Shown here: piece after piece, positions 1 to 8,947 of the stretch | Numbering within the stretch: position 1 is the first letter of the stretch | Layout of the letters: each line of letters starts with the position of its first letter | From: Candidatus Bipolaricaulota bacterium | GTDB taxonomy: Bacteria > Bipolaricaulota > Bipolaricaulia > M55B111 | Direction of reading: 5' to 3' | Assembly (NCBI GenBank): GCA_021735245.1 | Contig: JAIPHJ010000002.1 | Location: 26,017 to 90,016 of the forward strand | DNA length: 64,000 bases | Notes under the pieces: generated by a model | The model's database searches: none | Told to the model about the DNA's origin: nothing | What the model saw: only the letters and a program-made list of their open reading frames with translations | Position numbers and translations under genes: made by a program

Positions 1-153
1 ATCATGGAAGATTCTAAAAAGATTAATCTATATGGATTAAGTAAGTTCGCAGTTAGAACCGACCTGAACGTAGAGGGTGAGCAGTTCCAAAAAGTAGCTG
101 GAGTTCTACAAACCATTAAGGTGAAATATGGTTATCTCTCAATACTGCAATAA
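1..153 (+). CDS. 3' end of an ORF entering from the left edge (50 codons); no recognisable family
   Basis: Frame 1 is open from nt 1 to TAA at 151-153 (..KINLYGLSKFAVRTDLNVEGEQFQKVAGVLQTIKVKYGYLSILQ). Absent from the ORF track because it is short and edge-truncated. Confidence 0.2.
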   Translation: MMEDSKKINLYGLSKFAVRTDLNVEGEQFQKVAGVLQTIKVKYGYLSILQ

Positions 154-289
154 TGGATATTAAAGGTAAGTTGCTTTTAGCTAAATTTGAACTGGAATGC
201 TAGCATTAATCGTTGTTGATCGCACAACGAGGTGCAGTTAATAATTATTTCAAGGGAGTTATCATACTCCCCCTTCTTATTATTTTCAC

Positions 290-377
290 ACCCATCTTAT
301 CCCTAGGCAGCATCACCTCGACCTCATAAAACATATATTAGCAGGTTCAGAGATCGATTTATGGGCTCGATTTGCGG
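290..377 (+). repeat. Island intergenic repeat, copy 1 (blocks B and C)
   Basis: ACCCATCTTATCC (290-302) and AGGTTCAGAGATCGATTTATGGGCTCGATTTGCGG (343-377) align with 4771-4783 and 4818-4852. Confidence 0.6.
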
Positions 378-532
378 CAGGAGAAAGGTTTTTAATGCAA
401 TTTTCCTATCCCTTACAACTCTTATATCTGTAAAATTCGTCTAAAGTACTTATCAGAAATAATTCAAATATATAAAGAGTACTGGGGGCGGTTCCTACTT
501 ACCGAAAATCCTAATACCTTTAGAAATCCCCT

Positions 533-3274
533 CTATAAACTACTAAAACCCCCTACGATCTCCCAATAATTATGATCCGTGGGCAATGGGCTTTCTTTGA
601 GTTTAAAAGAAATCGTGGCAGTCCTACCGTTTGCCTTAACTATGATTTCAGCTAATGCAATTGTTTTGTCTGAATTATACCACTTTATATTCCGAAGATA
701 AGCTTCGCTTATATATTTACCCTGACTGTCTAAAATAAATCTAGACTTTGATACTTTTCTTTCACTCAGAGAAAACCGTTCCCAGATAGAACCCCAATTT
801 TCTCTTTCGATGTCCCTAGCGAGTTCTTTGGCGTCCTTTTTCGCCTCTTTAAGAGATCTAAACTCCACTGAGGCCTGAGTAGTAACCTTGCTACCGAATT
901 CAGGTACAATTTTCAATTTAATATTGTATTTCCCGTGGCTGTTGTACTTATGAGTAACGGTGTCCCCCTCTTTCTCCTTTTTTTGATTCCCATCACCAAA
1001 GTCCCAAACCCAACTTTTTATCCCTACATCTGTGTTGTCTAGCGAAGGTTTGAGTTCTACCTCTCGGGGACCAATCTTGCTAATAAGGAACTCAGGTTTG
1101 AGTTCGGGCTTTTTTAGGTTTACAACTCTAGTGGATATATTCGTGCCACCATATCTATCTGTTACTTTTAACTCAATAGCGTAAGGGCCATTATTCTGGT
1201 ACTCATGAGTGACTATATTGCCTTTTTTCTTCTTCTTTGTATTCCCGTCACCAAAGTCCCAGACCCAACTTTTAATCTTCTTCTCTTTATTTCTAATGGA
1301 AGGGTCTAACTTTATTTTATGTAGTCCGATCCTCTTTAAGTCGAAGTCTGGAATGGGTACTTTATAATCCTTTGGTTTAATAGCTACTGTTTGAGTTGTA
1401 GATTTGTTGTTTCCGTATATATCTGTAGCTCGTAGCTTTACTTCGAAAATTCCTGAACTGTCATATTTATGTTTAATTGGCGAAGCTTTATCAATTTGAA
1501 CCGACTCACCATTTTCAAAATGCCAAGACAGATGTTTAATATCTTCGGAATCGTTATTCATAGTAGGTATACACTTGATTTCCCTTGATGAAACCTTAAT
1601 TATGTCAAAATGTGGTTCTAGCTCGTAACCAGTAGGAGAGACGCCGACCTTTTTACTTATAATGCCCTCATTTCCGTATATGTCTGTAATTGTTAGTTTT
1701 ACTGTAGTAAGTTGGTCAAGAAGCCCGTATTTATGTTCAACTTTTTTGCCTCCCTCTACTACAGCTTTATTTCCATCACCAAAGTGCCATACAGCTTCTT
1801 CAATTTCCCTGTCTGGGTCCTCAGTATAAGGAGTAAATAATACTTTGCCTATTTCAATATTTTCGAATGTAAAACTTGGTTTGGGGTTAGTGTTCTTAAG
1901 TTCTTCAATTTTTTCTGGCGACAAACCTTGAGTTACATATTGGAGTCTGCCGGCTGAGAATAATGAGATTATTATCATTACTGAGATGCCTATTCTCTTT
2001 GGTGAAAATGGATATGTAGACACATGAAAGTCTTCGGGAGCAAGAAGTAAGATCACGAACATCAAACCTATGGAAGCAACAACCCAATACCATCCAACTG
2101 GCCCAAATACCGCTGCAAGGAAGAAAAGTACCCCTAGAATTGTACCAAGTACAAGTGTGCTTTTGCGTCCTATTTCGTTTTTATAAGTTTGGTTGGATTT
2201 CTTTTCTTCAGGGCTCTCACCATATTCATTTTCTCCATCATCTCCTCCAAGCAAACCAAGTTCAATAATGAACCAGAAAAAATTGATTAAAGGTACAAAT
2301 ACTATTAAATTCCACCTAGCTGATTTACCTCTGTCATGCCATCTTTTAGCACAAACTGAAAGCTCCGAAAAGAAGAACCATCCAAATGCAGAAATTAATG
2401 TAAAAATGGACAAACTCATCACTGCCACAGATTCTTTATTCCTAGCGATAGCTAAACCAAACAAAGTATTAATTAACGCATATATTACCACTAATGTAAG
2501 CGAATCACGCCACCATTGGTATTTACTTATTCTTCCTTTTGATGAAAAGAATCGCTCCCAATATTTTACTTTCATAATATTCCCCACAAGATTGCTAAGA
2601 TTCTCGAAAAATCCTAGGGAGAATCTCCCATTATTCTCTGCAGATATATTTCTGTTTTTGCTGGTTTCGGGTTTATCTTGGGGCGTTCCTTTTTCAATGT
2701 CGCTTCCAGATTTACAAGTTCCGCAGTTTTTCATTCTATCCACTGCAAGCGAAGTTAAACAGCTAGTTTTTTTCACGTTAAAGGCTGACCGTTGAGGTGG
2801 AATCCTGTAATCACATTCTAAATCCATCTCACCGAAACTAACCAAATTTTCAAGGAGATTGCCTATATCCTGTTGAATTTCCCTTTCTGTTTTTTCATTT
2901 ATCGAGATATTTCGGATGCCATTGATGTTTCCAAACCAATACATTTCGCTAAAATTGATTAGCAAAGGGAGGTTGATTTTACCTTGAAACTCCGCCAAAA
3001 AATTAGGGTTCTCTTTCTTTGACTTAGAACCGATTACACCTAAACCAATAATTCCCATATGTTGTTTCCTGATTTTGCTGGGGACAGTTGAGAGATGCTT
3101 TGGGTGGCTGCCATGGAATAACACTAATTGTCCAGACTCAAGCTCACTCCAAGTATCGCTATATTTTTCCTCTAGACCCCAAAACCCTTCTTTGAAAGTA
3201 GTAAGCCAGTGCTCTATTGGTCCAGTGAACTTTTTAATATCTTTTTCTTCAAAGCGTTCAACATTTTCCTCCAT
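533..3274 (-). CDS. Multidomain membrane protein: PUA/EVE-like N-terminus (weak), DUF805-type TM block, four PKD repeats
   Basis: 913-aa ORF. N-terminal pattern HWLTTFKEGFWGL..GQLVLFHGS..MGIIGLGVIGS. DUF805-like KRWHDRGKSARWNLIVFVPLINFFW. Four W[HD]FGDGN..H[KE]Y..TD.YG PKD units. Confidence 0.8.
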   Translation of the reverse strand: MEENVERFEEKDIKKFTGPIEHWLTTFKEGFWGLEEKYSDTWSELESGQLVLFHGSHPKHLSTVPSKIRKQHMGIIGLGVIGSKSKKENPNFLAEFQGKINLPLLINFSEMYWFGNINGIRNISINEKTEREIQQDIGNLLENLVSFGEMDLECDYRIPPQRSAFNVKKTSCLTSLAVDRMKNCGTCKSGSDIEKGTPQDKPETSKNRNISAENNGRFSLGFFENLSNLVGNIMKVKYWERFFSSKGRISKYQWWRDSLTLVVIYALINTLFGLAIARNKESVAVMSLSIFTLISAFGWFFFSELSVCAKRWHDRGKSARWNLIVFVPLINFFWFIIELGLLGGDDGENEYGESPEEKKSNQTYKNEIGRKSTLVLGTILGVLFFLAAVFGPVGWYWVVASIGLMFVILLLAPEDFHVSTYPFSPKRIGISVMIIISLFSAGRLQYVTQGLSPEKIEELKNTNPKPSFTFENIEIGKVLFTPYTEDPDREIEEAVWHFGDGNKAVVEGGKKVEHKYGLLDQLTTVKLTITDIYGNEGIISKKVGVSPTGYELEPHFDIIKVSSREIKCIPTMNNDSEDIKHLSWHFENGESVQIDKASPIKHKYDSSGIFEVKLRATDIYGNNKSTTQTVAIKPKDYKVPIPDFDLKRIGLHKIKLDPSIRNKEKKIKSWVWDFGDGNTKKKKKGNIVTHEYQNNGPYAIELKVTDRYGGTNISTRVVNLKKPELKPEFLISKIGPREVELKPSLDNTDVGIKSWVWDFGDGNQKKEKEGDTVTHKYNSHGKYNIKLKIVPEFGSKVTTQASVEFRSLKEAKKDAKELARDIERENWGSIWERFSLSERKVSKSRFILDSQGKYISEAYLRNIKWYNSDKTIALAEIIVKANGRTATISFKLKESPLPTDHNYWEIVGGFSSL

Positions 3275-3621
3275 TAATATAACGCCCCTTGTTGAAAGTT
3301 TACCCTACTATCAAATATATTCACCTTTATGTCAACCTATAAAAGTGTTTATTTGAGATAAAATAATGTGGGTTATCAAAAAATTCTGTTGCCTTATTTA
3401 AAATTGAAGTTAACTACACAAACTTAACGTCCATTTCTTGTGCCTACCATCGGTCATACTTATCGACAAGAGTCAAGAGTTTCACCTCTAGTTCTATTAA
3501 AACCGGATACATCAGCCAGCATCGATTGGAATGTCCGGTAAACTTAAAACACAGTTAGATACTACCTTGTGTACCAAAGATTGTCATCTAAAGCAGAGGA
3601 GCGTTCACAAAAATATCTTTT

Positions 3622-3652
3622 AGTTCGTTCAGGGGGCGATTTGAAGCGTTGA
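3622..3652 (+). repeat. Island intergenic repeat, copy 2 (block C)
   Basis: AGTTCGTTCAGGGGGCGATTTGAAGCGTTGA aligns with 4818-4852 and 343-377. The flanks (3560-3620) also align loosely with 4785-4817. Confidence 0.55.
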
Positions 3653-3749
3653 CCTATGATCAACCACACGTGGGCTTTATTAAATTAGGCAAGCCAATCA
3701 CTACCCCAGTGTAGGCCAGTCCAAAACGTACCACTCTCCCCTCGGATCA

Positions 3750-4598
3750 TCAAAACCCTTCCAGTCCTCCTTTACCATTTGGTGTACTATTTTCAGCATT
3801 AATTTCGACCTCAACAGAATATTTCACCCCTTTAATTTCTTCCGTTTCTTCTTTAGTTAGTTCGTTTTTAGCAACCTTTACAGTTTTTTTGTTTCTGTCC
3901 CCTACAAAAGCAAGCAATAACAGCTCTGAAAACCATAAATGAAATGGAAAAGCGTTTGGTAACAACTCAGATACTCTGGCATTTTTACTGTTGTTTAAAT
4001 AACTTTCAACTGAAAGGGCTGGAACGACAAAGACCCCTCCTACATTTTTATAGACTGGGGGTTCGGAAAAATATCGAGGGAAAGGCCCGGGAAACGCATA
4101 TCTATTAGATTGGTTGAGTGGTTGCATGGCCTTCGAGGGGACAAAAAGAAAATAAAAAGAACTCGGTGTTAAATCTAATAATAATGTGCTCTGCGAAGGG
4201 CCAGAATTTCCAACCTTATGGAAAAATTCTCGAAAGGTTCCCTTTTCTCCAGATTTTTTGCACTGGATTAGTGTTGCATATGTGCTTTTCGTTTCGCCTT
4301 GTATGTCTTTGTAGATTATAAGACCTATATCAGCCCCTGTTTTTGGCTCAAATTTAGATTCATTTACCGTAACATCAATATTAATTCCCTTTTCTTTAAG
4401 TTTCGGCTTAATTTTACCCCATAAGCTGTAATTTGATTGATCATGCAACATTTCAATCAGTTTTGTTGTAAGGGTTTCTTCTCTTATAGGTTGATCGAGA
4501 GCAAGAATATTGTTATATTTCTCACCGATTTCTTTGGAAATATTCCAAGCTAAATTTGCCAGAAGTCTTCTTACTTCTTTATCAAACCAAGAATCCAT
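3750..4598 (-). CDS. Hypothetical protein, possible PD-(D/E)xK-like nuclease core; 3' end probably frameshifted
   Basis: 282-aa ORF with GADIGLII...LIQCKK (weak nuclease-like motif). It ends GLEGF-TGA inside a GGGTTTT run. The +1 frame continues DDPRGEWYVLDWPTLG to TAG 3701-3703. Confidence 0.6.
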   Translation of the reverse strand: MDSWFDKEVRRLLANLAWNISKEIGEKYNNILALDQPIREETLTTKLIEMLHDQSNYSLWGKIKPKLKEKGINIDVTVNESKFEPKTGADIGLIIYKDIQGETKSTYATLIQCKKSGEKGTFREFFHKVGNSGPSQSTLLLDLTPSSFYFLFVPSKAMQPLNQSNRYAFPGPFPRYFSEPPVYKNVGGVFVVPALSVESYLNNSKNARVSELLPNAFPFHLWFSELLLLAFVGDRNKKTVKVAKNELTKEETEEIKGVKYSVEVEINAENSTPNGKGGLEGF

Positions 4599-4740
4599 AA
4601 GTTCCTACCTCCATAAACCGATGATTATTTAAGATAAGATAACCAAGCTTGTATCAACTAAGATACCGTTGTTTGTTCATTAAATAAAGTTTCTTAAGAA
4701 ACTAATGTTTTACACTCCCTCCTCCATCGCACACACCTCT

Positions 4741-4852
4741 TTTATCGCAAATAAAAACCCAGATCATCCAACCCATGTTATCCGACAACTTGTGTCCAAC
4801 CTAAAAGAACAGCACTCAGTTGGTTCAGAGACCGATTAGGAGCGTCGATTTA
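4741..4852 (+). repeat. Island intergenic repeat, copy 3 (blocks A, B and C, best preserved)
   Basis: TTTATCGCAAATAAAAAC (4741-4758), ACCCATGTTATCC (4771-4783), AGTTGGTTCAGAGACCGATTAGGAGCGTCGATTTA (4818-4852). Confidence 0.65.
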
Positions 4853-4921
4853 CGAATAACGCCCGAGACGGAATTAACAAATTTCAAGAGGCTTGATAGG
4901 TTGTTTTGTTTCTGCCTTAGT

Positions 4922-5545
4922 TCATCCCCGATAACGATACCCCGATCCCAACGTAGGCCAGTCTGCAATATACCACTTTCCATCCGGGTTGCCTGATCCT
5001 TCTTCGTCCTCTCGTATCATCTCGATTTCCCTCTGTTCCGTCTCGACCGAGCCGTCTCGAATCATTTCTACCTCGACCTTTATTTCGGTCATTGTAGGAG
5101 ATTCATCGGTAATATCCTGCAGCTCGAAGTGCTTGAGTCGATAGTCCTCGTAGAAGTCCTTCATGACCACGGGTGCGTGTTTGTCTTTGATACCTTCACT
5201 CGGAGGTATTAAGTTACCCATACTACGGTAGTCATCCTGCTTCCGGTAATCGAGAAACTCGACCGCTCGTCTCTCGGGGGCGCCTCTATCTAGATTCCCG
5301 GGTCTGGGAATTTCGGGGATGTCTCGACCGACCACGAGATCCCGGGGCTGCCAGTGGTCGTTCATTGCTCCACCAATATCGAGCTTTCCCGTTTCATTGC
5401 ACTCCGGGCATCGCCAGTCCGCATCTATAGAGGTGATTTGGTCGTCTCTGATGGTGATCCAGCCGTTGGGAATTATGACTTGGTTGTCACAGTTTGGGCA
5501 GTTGTCGGTGTGGAATTTCTCGGTGTTCATGGTATTTTTAGTCAA
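4922..5545 (-). CDS. Zinc-ribbon-like protein with a conserved C-terminal GKWYIADWPTLG module
   Basis: 207-aa ORF. Start is TTG 5545 or ATG 5530, 2 nt after the stop of 5548-6753. Two CxxC pairs (CPNCDN, CPECNE). Confidence 0.6.
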   Translation of the reverse strand: MTKNTMNTEKFHTDNCPNCDNQVIIPNGWITIRDDQITSIDADWRCPECNETGKLDIGGAMNDHWQPRDLVVGRDIPEIPRPGNLDRGAPERRAVEFLDYRKQDDYRSMGNLIPPSEGIKDKHAPVVMKDFYEDYRLKHFELQDITDESPTMTEIKVEVEMIRDGSVETEQREIEMIREDEEGSGNPDGKWYIADWPTLGSGYRYRG

Positions 5546-5547
5546 GT

Positions 5548-6753
5548 CTATCGCATGAACTTTCGCCCAAAAACGAGCACTAATGTCGCCATTAAGATAC
5601 CGCCAATGACTGACTCGCTACCTGCAACTAACTGCCACACCAACCCATCCGGTGCTATATCACCGTAACCCAAAGTGGTGAAGGTTACTGTGCTGAAATA
5701 AAAATTCTTTAGCAATCCTGCCCAATCACACAAGATAAAGGGTGGTTGTAATGTCCATGTTAATGACTTAGAAATATTGACACTTTCCATAGTCGCTGTT
5801 AGCCCGTTAAAATAGGCGTAAGCCAGACCATACCCGAAAATAACCACTATCCACGATCCAATAACTTTCGACCAACTTGTCCCGTATCCTGTGATGAAAT
5901 CCACAAGGTAGGAAAACCATTTTCTCGGGTTGTATGATTTTAGTTGCCTACGCTTCATTATCATCTCGTGCCTGAACCACTTGTCAGCTTCATCTCGGTT
6001 TCCGTCATTTTCAAATTTCTTTCTTACTTTTCTATAGAAACTCTCACCATGTCTTGGGTTTTCAAATTTATTAGCCCCAACTATTAACTCTCCGTCGCCA
6101 AACTCTGTATTTTTCATATACACTATCCTATGAAATTTGACACCAATGAACCAAACATCTCCCTCGAATTGGGTTCTTTTAAACGAAGCTCCTTTTAAAA
6201 ATTTTGCTCCCGTCCAATCAACTTTGCCTTCAAAATGGGTTTTGACAAAAGAAGTATCTCTAAAAAAATCCACATCTCTAAATGAAACAAAGTTCTTAAA
6301 ATGGGCGGCGTCAAAAAAGACACGACCTTTAAATTTAGTCCAGCGAAATTCTTTACTCTCTTCAAATTTGACATCGGTAAAATCTACTGATTCTTTAAAT
6401 TCCGCTAAAACGAAACTAATCATAACTTCTGCTTTATTCCTAAAATCAGTGGGTTGGGTAGAGTCATCTGGGACTGAAGGAAAACAATACCCCTTCCAGT
6501 TGATATCTTTTTCGAACACCCACCTCCTATGTTCTTGACTTCCAAAATCTTCCCAGTGCCTCAATCTATTGTTTTCATCAATTTCAGCATTTTCCCCCTC
6601 AGGCTCCCTCGCCTCCTGCCGAATCAGCTTGTAAAACCCCTTTGCCGCTAGCCCGGACTTGTTAGGCTCATGAAAGATGCAGTGCTCACTGTCTCTTAGT
6701 GCTGGCTCTTCGCAGCCTTCGTATTCGCATTCGGACATAAATACCCACCTCAA
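5548..6753 (-). CDS. Pentapeptide-repeat protein fused to a two-TM K+ channel pore
   Basis: 401-aa ORF. N-terminal Cys/His cluster CEYEGCEEPALRDSEHCIFHE. Long run of xxFxx pentapeptide-type repeats. C-terminal TM-pore-TM with selectivity filter TTLGYGD. Confidence 0.8.
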   Translation of the reverse strand: MRWVFMSECEYEGCEEPALRDSEHCIFHEPNKSGLAAKGFYKLIRQEAREPEGENAEIDENNRLRHWEDFGSQEHRRWVFEKDINWKGYCFPSVPDDSTQPTDFRNKAEVMISFVLAEFKESVDFTDVKFEESKEFRWTKFKGRVFFDAAHFKNFVSFRDVDFFRDTSFVKTHFEGKVDWTGAKFLKGASFKRTQFEGDVWFIGVKFHRIVYMKNTEFGDGELIVGANKFENPRHGESFYRKVRKKFENDGNRDEADKWFRHEMIMKRRQLKSYNPRKWFSYLVDFITGYGTSWSKVIGSWIVVIFGYGLAYAYFNGLTATMESVNISKSLTWTLQPPFILCDWAGLLKNFYFSTVTFTTLGYGDIAPDGLVWQLVAGSESVIGGILMATLVLVFGRKFMR

Positions 6754-6773
6754 ACAGAATTACTGTAACAAAC

Positions 6774-6792
6774 TTTTATCGTGAATAAAAAC
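6774..6792 (+). repeat. Island repeat block A, variant copy
   Basis: TTTTATCGTGAATAAAAAC versus TTTTATCGCAAATAAAAAC at 4740-4758. Lies between two unrelated minus-strand genes. Confidence 0.5.
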
Positions 6793-6959
6793 AGGGAGGT
6801 TGAAGTTTAAACAGCAGATTATAATTGAAGCGAGACTGATAAGTGACTCCTAAACGTCGTGAGAGAGACCTCCTCTGCCGGAGAGAGGACCTTACCCAGC
6901 TGATATACTGCTCCTCCGCTCCCACAAAGGATTGATAATTGATGGGAACGGAATGAAGT

Positions 6960-7811
6960 TTACAATTCTGACTCCCAGTTGTTTAACTCCTTTTCAGCCT
7001 TCTCGATTTTCTCTTCCCTCTTTTTTCGTTCAAATTCTTGCTCAAGTATTATCTCCACTGCAGTCCTTACTGTATCAAATAAGTCCTGACATGTGAATTG
7101 ATCTAGTTCGTGAACCCCTTTACTTAAAATGTCATAAATATGTTTGTTATTAACCATGAAATCAGGCAGGTAGTCTCTCAAGGCATTTATCTTGTCTTTA
7201 GCTTTAGCTTCTTTAAAACTTCCCTCTTCAAAGCTGACTTCATTTTTGTGGTTTTGGTAAGTGTTATTAATCATACTTTCGAAAATTCGTCTTAAGTATA
7301 TAAAGGCTCCAATTCCATAATTATGATCGTATAGAATTATTGCATTCATGTATTCGTCAGCTTTCTCGGAGCTTAATATATCTTCCACGATCTTCCTGTT
7401 CCGCTTAAATTCATCTCTCTTCTGATCTTTTTCTGATGGGTATTGTCCAATCTTCATTATGAAATCTTGTTCCTCTTTTCTTTGTAGAGCGAAGTAATAA
7501 CCCATAATATGATCTCTCGGACACTTTAATACGATTTTGAACTCTTTGTTAAATCTTAATAGGTCATTATAAGCTTTCTCTCTATCATCCGGTAAAGGGT
7601 CTGGTGCATACTTTGGCCTATAGGTTGTGGTGCATGCTGATTTACCTACTGACTCAAAAGTGCTAACTTTAGTACATTGAGGACAGTAGCTGTCTAATTT
7701 AAGGCTTGTGCTAGTAAGCTCAGCTAGCCACTCTATGGCATCAGGTGAGATCTCAACCTTGCGGTACAGAGGAAATTCTTTTAGGAAGTCAACAACCTTA
7801 GGGGGGCTCAT
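6960..7811 (-). CDS. Hypothetical protein, Zn-ribbon-like N-terminus and DUF4145-like C-terminus
   Basis: 283-aa ORF with CPQC...CPRDH. C-terminal helical pattern GIGAFIYLRRIFESMIN...LSKGVHE resembles DUF4145 (recalled pattern, not searched). Confidence 0.55.
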   Translation of the reverse strand: MSPPKVVDFLKEFPLYRKVEISPDAIEWLAELTSTSLKLDSYCPQCTKVSTFESVGKSACTTTYRPKYAPDPLPDDREKAYNDLLRFNKEFKIVLKCPRDHIMGYYFALQRKEEQDFIMKIGQYPSEKDQKRDEFKRNRKIVEDILSSEKADEYMNAIILYDHNYGIGAFIYLRRIFESMINNTYQNHKNEVSFEEGSFKEAKAKDKINALRDYLPDFMVNNKHIYDILSKGVHELDQFTCQDLFDTVRTAVEIILEQEFERKKREEKIEKAEKELNNWESEL

Positions 7812-8000
7812 ATTACCACCTCAGGGTACAAAGAGCCCGTGTATAATAATACGGACAGTATTATAATAAGCCCGATAATTACACCATCCACAGGAAAGAA
7901 CCTTATGACGTCAAACACCTTACCTCTTCAGCATTACCTGAGTAATTACGCCTTGCCACCATTACACTACCTTTGATGAGATAACTTATACCCCCGTCTG

Positions 8001-8024
8001 ATTTCAGATAGCGGTATCTGAACC
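8001..8024 (-). repeat. Island repeat block C, inverted copy
   Basis: The reverse complement GGTTCAGATACCGCTATCTGAAAT matches GGTTCAGAGACCGATTAGG (4822-4840). Confidence 0.4.
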
Positions 8025-8092
8025 TCAGTAAAGTTCATCTCAGCATATAACCCATAAAGAATCTTCTAATACCCAATTCAAAGAGCGAACCA

Positions 8093-8818
8093 TTATACCC
8101 CAAACGAAATTCCGAACCTCACCTCTACTCCGTTGGCATTGAGAGTAGTATCATTGGTAAGTGAATTGTCAATCTGGGTAGCAAGTTCAAGTATCCTGTA
8201 GTTAACGGATGTGTACAGGCTTAACTGATTATTTACCGGATAGTTGAAATGACCTCCTGCCTTAAAACCAAACCCGCTCAGATCTGCGCTTTCGGACTCA
8301 TCGAGATCAAAGTAGCCGGAATAGTCTCCGGTGGCAGTGGCGGAAGCAGACATACTAACTGTTCCGAAGTAGTATCCCGCACCACCGTTTAATCCGATGT
8401 AGTCATTAATGTTCGCACTCACCGTACCTACTAGGCCACTGACGGAGAGATCGATGCCTAGATCCAGATCTATCTCCCCGTATTGGTCATCATAGTCGAT
8501 TTCAGTGCCGGTACCGGCGGAAAAAGTGTCGAAGGTGCCACCTACAGCCAGTCTGTTGCCAACGTTTAGCCTTGCTCCGCCAAAGACCCCTAAGGTCTGG
8601 TTGATCTTGTTCATCTTGGAGACACTTACGCCTTCCTGCTCGAACTGTTCGATACTGTTATTGTAATCCTCTATGGCATCGTTTAAGTCGGTAAGGGTCA
8701 ATGTGGTATAAAAACCACCGCCGACTAGCTCGAAAGGGCTCGCCGAACAAAGGACCGAAGGTATTAATACGAGAGAAAGAGTCAGTGCCAAAATCAGTAA
8801 TTTGGACCTTACATGCAT
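8093..8818 (-). CDS. Exported beta-strand-rich protein (possible outer-membrane beta-barrel)
   Basis: Start moved to ATG 8818 (MHVRSKLLILALTLSLVLIPSVLCSA signal peptide, AAGGGGG SD). Alternating Gly/aromatic pattern; C-terminus VRFGISFGV. The longer ORF start would overlap the hup promoter. Confidence 0.55.
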   Translation of the reverse strand: MHVRSKLLILALTLSLVLIPSVLCSASPFELVGGGFYTTLTLTDLNDAIEDYNNSIEQFEQEGVSVSKMNKINQTLGVFGGARLNVGNRLAVGGTFDTFSAGTGTEIDYDDQYGEIDLDLGIDLSVSGLVGTVSANINDYIGLNGGAGYYFGTVSMSASATATGDYSGYFDLDESESADLSGFGFKAGGHFNYPVNNQLSLYTSVNYRILELATQIDNSLTNDTTLNANGVEVRFGISFGV

Positions 8819-8894
8819 TACGATCGCCCCCTTTAGAAGTATTATAGATAATTTAAAAGGATTGACAAAAGTCGGGGATGTAGATCCACCAATC

Positions 8895-8923
8895 TTGCGA
8901 CATTCCCCTTTCATTCATATAAT
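8895..8923 (+). promoter_or_regulatory. Sigma-70-type promoter for hup
   Basis: TTGCGA (8895-8900), 17-nt spacer, TATAAT (8918-8923), about 25 nt upstream of the hup ATG. Confidence 0.6.
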
Positions 8924-8947
8924 CGCAGCCAATTCGAGGTGTTACAC

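Noticed and set aside
290-8024. Interpreting the repeated spacers as integron attC sites and the left region as an integron cassette array
   Set aside because: The spacers are longer than typical attC. The only GTT.../...AAC pair I found (GTTATTC ... GGATAAC on the coding strand at 4779-4861) is in the wrong order for R''/R' boxes. None of the three recombinases shows an obvious IntI-specific insertion, and no attI/Pc arrangement is visible.
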